Assembly (NCBI RefSeq): GCF_964204645.1
Contig: NC_134025.1
Location: forward strand, 868,001-932,000
Reading direction: 5' to 3'
Length of the DNA: 64,000 nt
Source: Tubulanus polymorphus
Lineage: Eukaryota > Animalia > Nemertea
Shown: positions 1 through 14,200 of the stretch, one piece after another
Layout: every line of letters begins with the position of its first letter
Numbering within the stretch: the stretch's first letter is position 1
The notes under the pieces: generated by a model
What the model saw: the letters and a program-made list of their open reading frames with translations, nothing else
Databases searched by the model: none
Told to the model about the DNA's origin: nothing
Translations under genes and position numbers: made by a program

Positions 1-591
1 CGCCCTGCTCAGCCAGTCAGAAATACATCGATTATAATTTGAACCAATAGTTTAACACTGCATTATGATAATTAAGTGATCAATATATGAATTACGTTTA
101 TGATACCTTTTTCTATTTCGCGTTCTTGAACTGATTTGAAAAAAAGTTTGTGTCGGTGTTGTGCGTGTTCACGTTGGCCCGAATCAACTACAATACTAAG
201 TGTTTGGTTTACATTCTTACATGGTTGGGGACGAGACAATTTCTAATCGATTCTTAACAGGGATCATATCTCATACATATATATGACATTGATAACATAC
301 GTTCATCACATAGAATCATTGATAGAACAATATCGGAACAAAAGACTGGTCACCTTACAGACCTTACAGCGATAATACACTTCCAACCATAAACCGACCT
401 GGCCTCATCCTGTTTGAACTTCGGCCGTATCTTCTGTCGTAACACGACGCCTCATATTGGACGTCAAATGGCCTTCAACTGCAAAATAGCTACATAATTC
501 AATAGCTGACATTAATTTCAATTTCATGACGTAATTTTATTAGTTACCTAGTTACCGTCGCGTAGATGTGATAACCATAGTTACTAGAAAC

Positions 592-3500
592 ATGGACGTC
601 TCTACGATGCGATACGCCTGGGAGGAAACTGCTTCCGCGAATAGAAATAGAATTCATAATCTTTTATACGAATTTAACGAATTTATTGACAGTATGGATG
701 ACATCGACAACGTGAAAGAAGATAATACATCGCTACAAAAACAAGTTTTCGTCGAATCTAACCCGCTGAGCTACCAGGGTATCACCACAGCTAACCCGCT
801 AAGCTACCAGGGTATCACCACAGCTAACCCGCTAAGCTACCAGGGTATCCCCACAGCTAACCCGCTAAGCTACCAGGGTATCACCACGGCTATCCCGAAA
901 TCACAATATCAGCATAAAACGGCTGATTTAAACAATCTTTTCAATGTTATATCAGAAGAACATCGAATTTGTGAAAATACGCACATTCAGGTAAATAATA
1001 ATCAGTTCATTATAAATTCCTCATATCATTTCTAAAAATTGTTTTAAGGTTATTGATTTAACTCAGTTCATGTCGATATTCCAAACCTTAATTTATCGGA
1101 AAATTTTGATATTTATCTAAAACTCATCTTCTGAAGAAACAGTTATTTTCTGAAGCTGGCATTTAGAATCTTGAAAAAAAACTGTCAAATAAAGTTTGAG
1201 ATATCAACATTGAGTTTGTTATTATTCATGATATTCTACACTGAGGGAATACATATTGTTAAATGCACCGAAGAAACATGAAAAATATTAACAATTTATT
1301 TCATCAGTTTAGCAGAATTCTCGATCAGATGGCTGAAGAACGATCAATAATGAATAAACGAAGTGAAGATGATCAAAAGACTATAGAATTCCTCGTTAAA
1401 AATCTATCAGAATTAAAACAGCAGCAGCAGCAGCACCAACACCAACAGCAGCAGCGCCAGCAGCTACAGTCTGACCCCACAGGGACCCTAGTACAAGATA
1501 ATGACTTAACTAATAAGGTTTGTCTATTAATTTAGAAGTTTATTTATTTTTTTCGGACGTCAATTCCTCAATAGTATTTATGAAAATAGGATGCGCGAAC
1601 CACTGAATTTGATGCCAGCTACTACAGGCTCGAACATGGGACTAAAAACATTCTATATTATGATATTCCGATAGATGGCGCATGTGAAATGCGGCGCTTC
1701 GAAAGACTTCAATTCTACGAATTCCGATAAACGATGGCGAACGTTTACTCTGCTATGGATATATACAATCCATCCATAGAATATTTACAATAATTTAATT
1801 TCAGGTAAAAGAATTAAAAGTTCAAATAGATGAACTGCAGAATGCTATAGTGATACGAGACGGTGAATTGTGTGGACTTCGAATTCATTTGTCAGAAAAA
1901 CAGAAACAACTCGAAACAGTGAATAATAAACTGCAGTTGACAGAACGACAGTTACAAGATCTGACAGAGATACATCGATTGAAACAGATTGAGGGTGATT
2001 ACCAGCGCCAGCAGCAACAGCAACAGCAACAGCATCACCAGCACCAGCAACAGCAGCAAGATCAGGGGCACCAGCAGCGGCACCAACAGCAGCATGAGCA
2101 ACAGCGTGAAGCTCTTCAAGTTGAGGTCAATAAAGAAACTGATGATAATACAAGTATCAAAAATTCAGAGCTTAGAGCTGAAACCGAATCGAAACATCCA
2201 GCTGAAAATGAAGAGATTCCAGAAAGCGAAAATGATAATTCTGATGATTCCGTTACGACAGCAACTGAAATAATGAATAATCGAATTATTGAACTAGAAG
2301 ATATCATAGGTAAGTAAAAAACAAACATTACGAAGGTAAACACAATAAACGGTAGAATCAGCTTGGTGTCTCGGATCTCACGGGATCAATAATGAATATT
2401 TTTTCCAAAGTAAGTGAAGCCAGTCGGATTAGAATTCATAGATTCGGAACATTTTGTCAGAAGGGCTCGTGATTATCCAAGGCAATGATTGGGTCCGGGG
2501 CACGTGATTGTTAGAGGCAAACGGCTCCGAGGCAAACAGAGTCCGGGGCACGTGATTATAAGAGCCAATCGGCTCGATGGGAAACGCATTCTCAGTTCAT
2601 TGATAATTGCTTTATCTTCAGATGAATATGAATCAAGATTACAAGAAATAGAAACACAAAACCAAACATTCATCGAGGAAAATGAAGCCAAATCAGAAGA
2701 AATCCAACGGCTGAATAACGATATCAAACATCTAAAACTGATGTACGAAACGTCGATGAAAAAAGCGGATAAACTTTCATCTGAGAAAGAAACGTTAGAG
2801 AGTGAATTAACTGACGTCAAAAATCAACTGAAACATGTTCCTTGTATGGTAGATAAATCTATAGGTGGTTAGTAAAAATAGCTTGACGTTTCCATAAGAT
2901 TTACGATGTATTTTTACTCAATCTCGTTACCGTTATGGCTGTGTTTCATGAGCGGTTTCCAGCACGTAGCGTTTTTCAGGAAACTGCGATGGAAATGCCG
3001 AAAGTGGCCCCGAGCCAGAAAGCAGGAAAAGGTTATTGCAAAATTTCTCAGCTGGAAAAGGAGAAGACGCTATAGCTGGAAACCGCTCATGAAAACCAGT
3101 CTTTATGGACCAAACTAATCACAAGAAATAAATTTGAAATTCCTGAATCAAGTATAAGCCAAACTTTATTTATGTATAGATTGAAATCAAGCTATGCACG
3201 AATACTCAGATAGATACGAAGTTTTGATATATCATGTGACATGAAACTAAGTTAAATGTTTGGGTTTCAGCCGATGAACCTCGTGACGAACCCAAACAAC
3301 AGGAACCAGCGAACGCGAATGTAACGACTATAGAAACTACAGAAGGACGGATTAGAATATTCGATGAGTTACCGATATTAGGGGAGAGTGAAAGTGAGGA
3401 AAATGCAGTATCTAATCAGAGCAGCGACAAGGAGAAGACACCAATCAAACCGAATTTCATAGACACAGCTGCTGGAAGTGTTATAAAACCGAAGACAATT

Positions 3501-4313
3501 GAAGAAACGAAACGAAGTGTTGACATAATCCCCACAAATATCGACGGGTTTGATAGAAAACTGAAACGAACGAACGAACGAACTTGGATGGAAAGACAAC
3601 CACGTGACTCGTTCGCCTTGAAATTAAAACCGCTTGTACGTGACGTCATCGTCGAGAAAACACCGGCCGCCGCCGATACTGGAAAAACTCTTCAACATAA
3701 AACACAGAAAAACAAGAAAAAGAAAGTTAAAAAGTTTCATAAAATTTCATCAGAGAATTCTACGCCGGAACCAGTAAAACCGGAACCGGAACCGGTTACT
3801 GGGGATGAATATTTAGATGATATAATACGATATTTACCGCCGGAAGTTCAGAAATATATCAACCATTTGAATCCACGCGAGGTTCCACTCTTCGTACAGA
3901 ATTTCATAAATCGAAACTATCCGCGAGGTTTGCCGGGATATATGCATAGCACGAACCATCAAGGGACACCTGAAAATCAGATTAAAGACGTCGAACATAG
4001 ATCTCAGATTGCGAGGGTAAACCAGGATTCCGAAACCCCTGGTGATGATGCAGATACTACGCAGGGATCTGCAGCAGCTGCTGCTGCTGATGCTGCTGGT
4101 ACTAAAAGACACGCTGTTATCGGTAAAGTTGAAGGATTGTTATCAAAAATCAGCGGACGACGGAAAACTAGAGAAACTCGAGAAATTCCGTCATCGTCAC
4201 GGAAACAACCGAATGATTTTCGGAAATTTCACGATTTAAATGAAGACGGTCTCGATGCCGCTATTGATGAACTAATCGCTGATATAAGCAGCGCTTCAAC
4301 TTATTCTATATAA
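592..4313 (+). CDS. Spliced gene for an uncharacterised Q-rich coiled-coil protein (~799 aa); inferred exons 592-990, 1308-1517, 1805-2309, 2622-2864, 3271-4313
   Basis: Five + strand ORF pieces join at GT-AG sites with matching phases (CAG|gtaaat, AAG|gtttgt, G|gtaagt, G|gtggtt; acceptors catcag, ttcag, cttcag, tttcag), 2400 nt in total and in frame. Heptad-like Leu/Glu/Lys segments and polyQ tracts. AATAAA at ~4382. Confidence 0.75.
758..890 (+). repeat. 33-bp coding tandem repeat x4 (ANPLSYQGITT)
   Basis: ctaacccgctaagctaccagggtatcaccacag repeated four times within the first coding exon. Confidence 0.95.
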
Positions 4314-6349
4314 TCAACGTCATCGCTGTAATGATGATGTTTTGTATTTATGTTAAGCAGTATCACTATTCATAAATCAATAATAAAATGCAGTACAACA
4401 CAATAAGCAATAAATCTATCTGTACAACTGAAATAGTTTAATTATTGTCAGTGACAACATCTGTGATTTTTATATCTAAAGTTGATATTAGATTTATAAC
4501 AGGATATAGTGATTCATGTGACTGTATGCACGGCGGCGTCCACCAGAGACCGATACAATCTTCAACCTGTAGACAATAAAATCCCACAATAATATAATGA
4601 TACTGATATTATTCCTGAAGATGACTATTAGGATAAAGTCGAAACGTTGAATAAACTACACTAGCTCAAGGAAACTTAGGGTCTTGTGAGATTATCTTTA
4701 TAACAATCATATATCTTATCATAACAACAAGGATTCCACAGTGCCTCTCGTCAATGGTCAGTTTGGACTATCTGATGTGGGGTTCATTATCTTTATTCAC
4801 CGCATTAAATTACTGGAAATATATATCAATTCTATCGTACTTGCTGAACTCAGAATTAAATTGGCTCTTGACTCAAAATGTGTGTATTTGAAATAGTTTT
4901 CATTAAAAAAATCCAGTCTAAGTTTAGAGGTATGTGTAGTTGTAGTGAACAGTGTTGTGTCGCCCGCCGCCGCCGCTGTTAGAACGAGTCGAGTCTGTTT
5001 TTTCCTGTCGAGTTGAATGCACACACACAAGCATGCGGGAGCTTCAGTAGACAGGTCGCGTCACTGCCCCGAACCTTCATCGCCTGCGTGAACCGGCAAG
5101 GAATTTACATATACGCGACCAACCACAACATTTTACATAGGATTAATAAAAAAAACTAACATACGCAAGTTTAAATGAAAGAAAAAATCAGTTCGTGATT
5201 TAAACGATTATTTTTTAGTTTTTCTGTGTTGGATTATTCGCAACAAGGAAGTGAGGTGAGTTTTAATCATGGCCAGATTGAACCAAAAATAAATCTATTC
5301 AAAAAAACATTATCTCGATAATCACCGGCATGACCCCCTGCTTTACGTTGAATTCGTGTTCCTTCATGTGAATCGTCGTTATCTTATATATATATATGCA
5401 GGTATATCCTACAAGCTTTTTGTTGTCGTTTTACCTTTGGTTTTAAAATAATTCATGGTTTAATTTTCAAATGTTTTCAAAACGTATCGGTTTACAATGC
5501 TACTTCTTACCCTACGAGCATTTTCGAGGAAGGAAAGAAGCTCTTGTAGCCGCGGCCTGTATTGATAAGTGTGACAAATGATTTGTAGCTGCAGTTACTG
5601 TCGTAGACAACTCAATACTGCACATTGACAGATGTGGACGGTCAGTCAGTCAGTCAATCTGTCTGTCTGTCTGTCGGTAATATCAATTTCTCTTCAGACT
5701 CAATAAATACCGGTCGCTCGCCGGTGTAACTGTCTCGTAGTATAGATGGTACATAATGTATCCCCAGACAATAGACCAGTATCCCCCAGTTCCGCAGGCC
5801 AGTATCCAGTTCCACTTCCACAGAATCAGGAATGAGTTCCATGGACCAGGATCCAGTTACAAAAAACCTGTGGAACTAGATTAAGAACTGTGGAACTGGG
5901 TCTTGAAGCTACAGAACTACTGGCTCCAGCGCTATGGAACCGTGGGTCGACCTGCAGCTATTCAGAATTAGGTTTAACGTTAGGTCCTCTTCCTTTTCTT
6001 CTTATTCGAATGTTATTTTTACCTGGTATTCGAGCTATACGCCAGGTGGGTACGGGATGATATAGAGCTGTCTTCGCGGTACCAGAAACAAATTTGTTAT
6101 TCATAGAAGACAGTATTAACTTAATGCTACCGCTCTGAGAAAATAAGCATCAGGTAAATGAATGTTTCCTCAATAAAAAAACAGTTAGATACTCGATGTG
6201 AATTCATAGTAGCCTCTACTCAAGAAAGCCCCTGCTATTTATGTCACATAGAAGAATATATCTCTAAGGAATAGAAAAGAATATAAAAAAGATTCCTGTG
6301 AGTTCAATCACACGTGTAGAAACTGAGTGCATTACTACATGTTTTCAGC

Positions 6350-6655
6350 ATCTCTCCCTCTCCATCTCTCTCCTCTCCCTCTCTCTCCTCTCTCTCCTCT
6401 CCATCTCTCTCCCTCCCTCTCCCTCCACCTCTCCTCTCCATCTCCCTCTCCCTCTTCCTCCCCTCTACGTCTCTCCCCCTCTCTCCATCTCTCCTCTCCC
6501 TCTCTCTCTCTGTCCCTTCACCTATCTCATCTCTCCCAATCTCTCACCATCCCTTCCTCTCTCTCTCCTCTTGCTCTCCCTCTCTTCCTCTCTCCCTCCT
6601 ACCTCTATCCCACTCTCTCTCTCAGGCCTCTCATTCTCTGCACTATCTCTCTGCG
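6350..6655. repeat. CT-rich low-complexity tract
   Basis: Polypyrimidine (ct)n/(cct)n sequence; the ORFs called over it are artefacts. Confidence 0.95.
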
Positions 6656-7836
6656 TGTCTCGTTTTATTTCTAAAAATTGCTTCCAACTGTTAGTATATT
6701 TCTCAGCTATAGATTGGTGTGTATGAGGCGAGTGCGCGAGGGGGGAGAGGTATGCTGCCACCAACCATCGAAGTATTTTCTATACCGACGATGCATTTAT
6801 TCACCACAATAAAAATACCCCCATTCATTGCGCAATCACTTCGAAACATGATTTAAAAAACCACACAATCAGATTCAAAATCTGAAACATGAAGAAAAAC
6901 TTTACATCGCATTATGAAATATGTCTTACAAACTTATCAACGATAAAAGTAAAATACAGAAAACTCTTAATTAGAAGAGATTCTACAAATAGAACGAGTG
7001 CCGCGAGGGGTCATTGGCGGCTTCCACACAGCTTCCACTCGTGTTCCACGTGCAGGTGGATCTATAGGGAAATTAGAAGGCGGAAGGCTAAGACAAACAG
7101 GAAGGAAATATCCTCGCTGAAGGCAGGGAAGTGTACTTCCCTGCTGAAGGCAACAAGTAGATTCCACCTGTCGAGGTTAGATTACGAATCCACCCGAAAA
7201 GATGCAGTTTTCGAGAGGATCAATATCGAATTTAACGATGTTTGTCGTGACAGCTAGGGTGACCTAGATAGGCAGGCGGGTCCAGAACCCTAAAACCAGC
7301 CCTATATCCAACATGCTTCCTGTTTGTTTTCACTATTGTCCACACGGTTGGAATGTACAGACTGATCGAATTCAAAAACAAAAAGAACACAGTTGGTTTA
7401 ACAACTGTTTCATTCTGAACTAACAAATAATAGAAAAGATTGATTTGCTCCAGGCACGTGCGACTGGAACACTGAAATCAATCGTATATATTACTAATAG
7501 CTGACTTGATTCTAGGTGGTTATATTTCATTTTCAGTGAATTAATTTCAGAGATAAAAAGAACTGGCAGCGATATTTCACTACGTATGTCCTATCATCCA
7601 TCATCATTTGCAAACATACTCACACACACACACGCACACGCTCTACATATCGTTACATCACTGAGGTATTTTTTTCACAAGTATTTTATCGTTTTATGAA
7701 CGTGAAAAGAGAGCTCTTGAATTACACTCCATATTTAGGCTATATTTAGGTCGAAGCAAACACAAACTATAAAGAAATATGATTTATTTATTGATAGATG
7801 GCTCCTATTTCCTGCATTCCTCGATGTAATGATTAG

Positions 7837-7837
<1 letters not shown>

Positions 7838-7932
<95 letters not shown>
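7838..7932. repeat. (TA)n microsatellite
   Basis: About 47 perfect TA units. Confidence 0.99.
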
Positions 7933-7934
<2 letters not shown>

Positions 7935-8278
7935 TGAGGTCAATGACCATGGCTGGGCTGATCATTGAAAATTTCTTTTTCTAAAATTCATGGTAAAAAA
8001 CTTGAGAGTTCCGCAGACAGTCTCCTGATATTACATAAGAACCGACATCACGAACATGACGTTATTACTTCAACGGTAGATTAAGAGAAAACGTATTGCA
8101 GCCTTGTAGGATATTCAGAGAGGGATCCTGATATATCAGAGTTTTAGAGTAAATCTATTCAACACGATCACGATAATCTACTGTTTATAAGAAAACAACG
8201 AAATGGTCTCTGGTCTCGTTTCAGATATATAAAGGTGATTAAGATTGACAGATATCAAGAGTCCGCCGCCGCCGCGCT

Positions 8279-11200
8279 ATGGAGTCCGATGAAGGAAAGA
8301 TTATAGACAATGGTAGGATGTGTATGGATGTATTTTTTATTATTCATTATCACACTTTACCGGGCGAGCATATCGTAGTAACAGGTTCGGCTAAACCGCT
8401 AGGACTATGGGATTTTAAACATGCCCTAATGGCCGAGTATGTTAAAAGTGGATGGTGGCTAGCTCACACTAGACTGAAGGTGGGAGAGACATTTTCTTAT
8501 AAATTCATGCTTTGTGATTCACAAAGAACTAAAGAATATCGATGGGAATTACGTGGTAATCGTGATGGTTTTGGTAGCAGTAGACCGGTGGCTTATAACT
8601 GTCGATGGGATGATGGGTGCGATGAGAAGGATATCGGAGAATGGTTAAATATATCAGTAGGTGAGTTCGGGTGCATGTTGCTTGATCATCACCTCTAACC
8701 ACCACCACCACCGCCGCTACCATTGCGCTCCGCTCTCATCCTTACCGTGTTTATAGTATAGTGTGTGCCATGCATGTGCTTCACCATACCTTACAGCCCT
8801 ATATCAGACCAACCAACCAACAGTGGTCGGTGCTGGAGATTTAAAGGGTCCCGTCTCATCTCATCTAATCCGAGCCACGGTTTTGCTTCGATATTTTGCA
8901 GTTTAGTGTTTTTAAACTTTCCGTTAAGATGCAGTTCAACAGTTGTGAGTTAAAGTTGACTCCGAGTTAAGATCAATTGATTTTCAATGAGTTGAATCTG
9001 AAGTCAAATCTCAACTCACAACTATGGAACTGGGTCTTGATATTTTGACAGCCTAACCATATAGTTATTACTGTTTTCCATCGAATAATTTACAATTCTA
9101 ATCACTGAATTGTTGATACTAATGATATATAAATTCTATACATATTTTATGTATATATTTGGCAGCACATAATGTTAGGTAGAAGTTTAATTTCATCTGA
9201 ATCCAACACGCGGAATATATTCATGAGCTGTTTTTGATCGGATTCCATTCGACGGATTTCTCGCTAGAGTTCTTGCATCAAGTTGGAACAGTGATTTCGT
9301 GCTGATTATTTTTGCTGATTTCAGCAGTTTTTGAAATCCGGTGAATCGTACGGAGATAGAGTCCAGGAGTCCAGGGGCCGATTTAGGACATCACCAACGA
9401 CTATATTTTGCCAAGATAACATTTTCACGACCTAACCAAATAAAGTAACACAAAATCTAATTTGTTCTGAATAACTCGAGATGCTCTGAAAATGTTGCAC
9501 TTCTCAGATTTTCTCTATTGTAAATTCCTGGATCTACTCCTGCTGGCTCTGTGAAATCTGGTATTGCATTAATTCGTCAATGTCTCGGTAATCGCAGCTC
9601 ATGAAATGTGCCTTATCATTACCGAGATAACAGATCCAATTTTCTTGCCGACTCAAGAAGAGCTATTCATTTTTTGTTCATGACTTGTCATTCGTATTCC
9701 GCCTCTAGCTGGTTAGCAGTGAAATAGTGAAATATATGTCAATAGTTCTCATGTCTAGACATTAAAGCTTAGCATATTAGATTTTATTCATGGTTGGGAA
9801 TCGTTTCATTTAGAACTAATCCGCTCAAATAGTCTGAAATCCTAACTGGCGAAAAGACTCTGTAAGCTACAGATGAAAATACAATTCAGCTTCAGTCGTT
9901 TTCGATTCTGCACCAGTCAATACGTTAGATAGTGACTTGTTTCCCAGGAGTAGAATTGACTTGCAGCCAAACAACGACCAGATGATAATAACAGAGTATA
10001 TACGTATAGATAATGAAAAAACAACAGCAATATCCAAGAGATAATCAATTATCATAAAATGTCCAAGTATAACTAGTAGAATGTCAATATTATACTCAGC
10101 AGTAACGCGGGAGGGAAGGCGCGCACGAGTACATTTAGAAAAAGAAGGGAATTTCTTCGATTAACGAAGGCTGCAAGTGGGGTTTGCTGAAATGCATCTG
10201 AAAATATATAATCACCGAGAAGATGAGCGTCGAATTTACAGGTTTTAACGATTTTGGTTTTGATAAAAAAGGCACCAGCTCATTAAAAAGGCAGGGTCCA
10301 GACCTCCGAAAATACCCCCAATAGATCCGGCCTTGTAATGTAGGCACTAACTTTAACAGACATGAGGGCAAAAGGGCATCCAGGACTCCCAAAAAACACT
10401 CCCTATTATAGATTCAGACAAACGGATATGAATGTATGTAGAGATTATGAAAGTGTGTTGTGGTTATAAATTCATACATTTCAATCGAATCGTTTTAATT
10501 AGTTAATAGTGACAGCTGCTGTCGTCACGTTTCATACGCAGCCGATATTTGTAGTCGAGCCCTGAATATATCGAATTAGAAACACGATATGTCTGGAAAT
10601 TATTCACGCTAAGTTCACGTAACAGGTTTCGTGTCAAAAACTACAACACGTCGTTTTATGATTTATTTATTTATTCGCTTGTGTGAAACAGTTTTAGATT
10701 TTTCAGTGAAGTTATGTCTGCACTGTGTGTCTGTTAGATTATTGTTAGTCTAGAATGAGATTTAGAAACTTGGATTCGGTTCTATACAAAACGTAGAAAA
10801 TATTTGAATAAGTGAAAAAAGTAAAACGATCAGGGCCCAGTAATACACAGTTATGAGTGAAGGCTGGCCTATGACATCCCGCGAGGCATCGAGTCGCAGG
10901 TAGACATAAGCCAGAGAGTTGTGTTTTACTCAGAAAAATGTCGGGCCCTGGGGGTCCAGTTGCACAGTCGTGCTTTAAGTCCAAAAGTGGTCTTAAATCT
11001 TAAGACTGATCTTAAGTTGTTAGATTGGCTATAGAACTAACTTGGTCTTAGACTGGTCTAAAGTCTAAGCCATAACTATGCAACCGACCCCCTGAATTCG
11101 TCGATTCGTCGATCTTTTCTATACGAATGTGAAAACAAGTAGGTTAATACTGGTGAATGGTAACTAGTTACAGGTAAATGAGTCGATTTAGAAACTACCA

Positions 11201-14200
11201 CCTATATAACGTATAAACTAGACTCCAGGTCGTAACGTCCATGGTCTGATGAAGCTATACTAAGCACTGTAGCGAAAGCTCGTAATTTCTGATAGAATCT
11301 AGTTAACCTACACTCAGTACTACGTGTCTTCTCATTCATTAACCTGACAACAAGTTAACAATCGAATCCTCTACAACTATTGCCATATTTTCATTAAAAT
11401 CACAATCTAGAATTTCTCTGATTTATCTGTCTTTCAGAGGAGGTGAAGTTACCAGTAGCTGATGAACCGTCTGTTAAAGGTATGCATCATCAGTCATCCA
11501 GTTCATCCTTATCCTCCTCTTATTGTGAAGATGAATCCATCACTACTAACACATTCGAGGATGCAGCGGATGGTGACAATATAGAAGCTATTGTGATTGA
11601 TAATCTGCTACAGACCGACCATCAAAACAAAACCGCCAAAACGGAAATTGATTCTCCTAGCGCCGTCGAGCAGTCAAACACTGCCGCCGATTCATTGACC
11701 GAAGACATCGACATCGATGAGTTGGTCGTCACTAACACCTCATCATCTGACGCCGCCGCCGCCACGGCAGCTAAAAATATTAATTCAATCTCTACAGAAA
11801 TGTGTTACAGCGAAGACACATCTCATCATACTGAATTAATGCCATCATCGGCAACGAATATTCAATCAGATCCTTTTGACAAAGAGACTTTAAACACTGA
11901 TGATATTCCTACAGATATTAACGAGGAAACTGAACTATTGGCAAAGCCCGAAGCGACGGTCGCTGTCCGATTCGATAAAGAGAAATACGATGAGGAAATT
12001 ATGAGACATGTACCCATTGCATTAAAAGACAGAGACATAAATGAAGAGGCCGAATTAACAGCACAAACTAGTAGTATTGTGGCTGTACGATTCGATAAAG
12101 AAAAATACGACGAGGAAATTATGAGACATGTGCCTATACCCTTACCCCCTTCACCGACTAAAAAGAAAGAATACGATTTTTCTGATGGTGCCTTCGAATC
12201 AAAAGGCGCACTGCCAGACCCACGCCCATCCCTGCCCCAACTGGGCGATATACCTAAACTGTTTCATGAGACGCATGCTGATGAACCCAGACCCTCACTT
12301 CCGCAACTCGGAGATCTGAACACCTTATACCACGACGATGACCAATTAGAAGGTCAAATTGCTGGAGATGATATTATCAAGGTGGATTCTGTCAGTGTGG
12401 CACATTCAGCTCCTGATTCTGTAGATGCCATAGCTACGGTCCACGCTGCTCCTGATTCTGGGGCTAAGGAGCTTGGCGCTCTGGCAGACCCACGTCCATC
12501 CCTCCCACAGTTAGGAGATATACCCAAACTGTTTCATGAGACGCATGCTGATGAACCGAGACCTTCACTTCCACAACTCGGTGATCTGAACACCTTATAC
12601 CACGACGATGACCAATTAGAAGGTCAAATTGCTGGAGATGATATTATCAAGGTGGATTCTATCACTGTGGCACATGCAGCTCCCGATTCTGTAGATGCCA
12701 TAGCTACAGGTGATGTCATTCAAGTAGATTCTGTTACAGCGGTCCACGCAGCACCTGATTCTGGAGCTAAGGAGCTTGGCGCTCTGCCAGACCCACGCCC
12801 TTCCCTGCCCCAACTAGGAGATATACCCAAACTGTTTCATGAGACGCATGCTGATGAACCGAGACCTTCACTTCCACAACTCGGTGATCTGAACACCTTA
12901 TACCACGACGATGACCAATTAGAAGGTCAAATTGCTGGAGATGATATTATAAAGGTGGATTCTGTCACTGTGGCACATTCAGCTCCCGATTCTGTAGATG
13001 CCGTAGCTACGGTCCACGTAGCACCTGATTCCGGGACTCAGGAACTTGGGGCCCTGCCAGATCCACGTCCATCCCTCCCACAGTTAGGAGATATACCCAA
13101 ACTGTTTCATGAGACGCATGCTGATGAACCAAGACCTTCACTTCCACAACTCGGTGATCTGAACACCTTATACCACGACGATGACCAATTATTAGAAGGT
13201 CAAATTGCTGGAGATGATATTATCAAGGTGGATTCTATCACTGTGGCTCATTCAGCTCCCGATTCTGTAGATGCCATAGCTACAGGTGATGTCATTCAAG
13301 TAGATTCTGTTACAGCGGTCCACGCAGCACCCGATTCTGGAGCTAAGGAGCTTGGCGCTCTGCCAGACCCACGCCCTTCCCTGCCCCAACTAGGAGATAT
13401 ACCCAAACTGTTTCATGAGACGCATGCTGATGAACCCAGACCCTCACTTCCACAACTCGGAGACCTGGATTCCCTTTACCCCGATACGTCTGAAGACAAT
13501 ACTGTGATAACTACTACTGAAGAAAAAGAATCAGAAACCGACGGAATCAAAGATGATGAAATTGCGATTGCGTTCAAAGAATCTGGTTCAGATAAGTCCA
13601 GGTTATCGATAGCATCAACGGGAGATGCTAGTGTTGAACGACAGTTCCAAGAGTCGGAAGCTGCTCTACCGAGAGCCTCGTTACCTACAGTCGATGATAT
13701 ACCAACATTATTTACAGGATCCGAAATAGATAAAACTACTGCTGCTGCTGCTCATAATACGGTGAAAGAAGAGCCTGAATTATCAAACCGTATCTCACTG
13801 TCTGCCGATAACTTATCATCACATTTACAAGATACGGTCACCATACCAACCCCCATAGCAACGAAAGAAATAAACTCATCTTCATCATCATCATCTAGTG
13901 ATGATGAAAAAGATAGCAATGATTTAGTTGCTGGACCAGCAGATGCTGATTCTGATAAGGATACCGGAGGAACAGTCCTAACTGAGACCCCAGTAACACC
14001 GCCACAATCTCCGACTCCTCTCCCGGCTATCACTGAAGAGAAAGATGGAATAAAACTGGAGAGGAAGCAATCCAGTTCATCTGCGTCTTCGGGATGGAGT
14101 TTCAGCGAGACAGATTCAGCACCTCCTCCTGTACCGCATAGAACACGTGTCCCCAATCAAACTGAAGCCGATATCCTCGATGATGAAGTTGATGGTGAAC

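Noticed and set aside
2980-3118. Possible extra exon in the first gene
   Set aside because: It has a good acceptor, but the in-phase frame stops at TGA (~3090), and the 2864-3271 junction already keeps the frame. An alternative terminal exon cannot be excluded.
6298-6764. Leu/Ser/Pro-rich ORFs (also 60001-60384)
   Set aside because: Translations of CT-rich low-complexity DNA.
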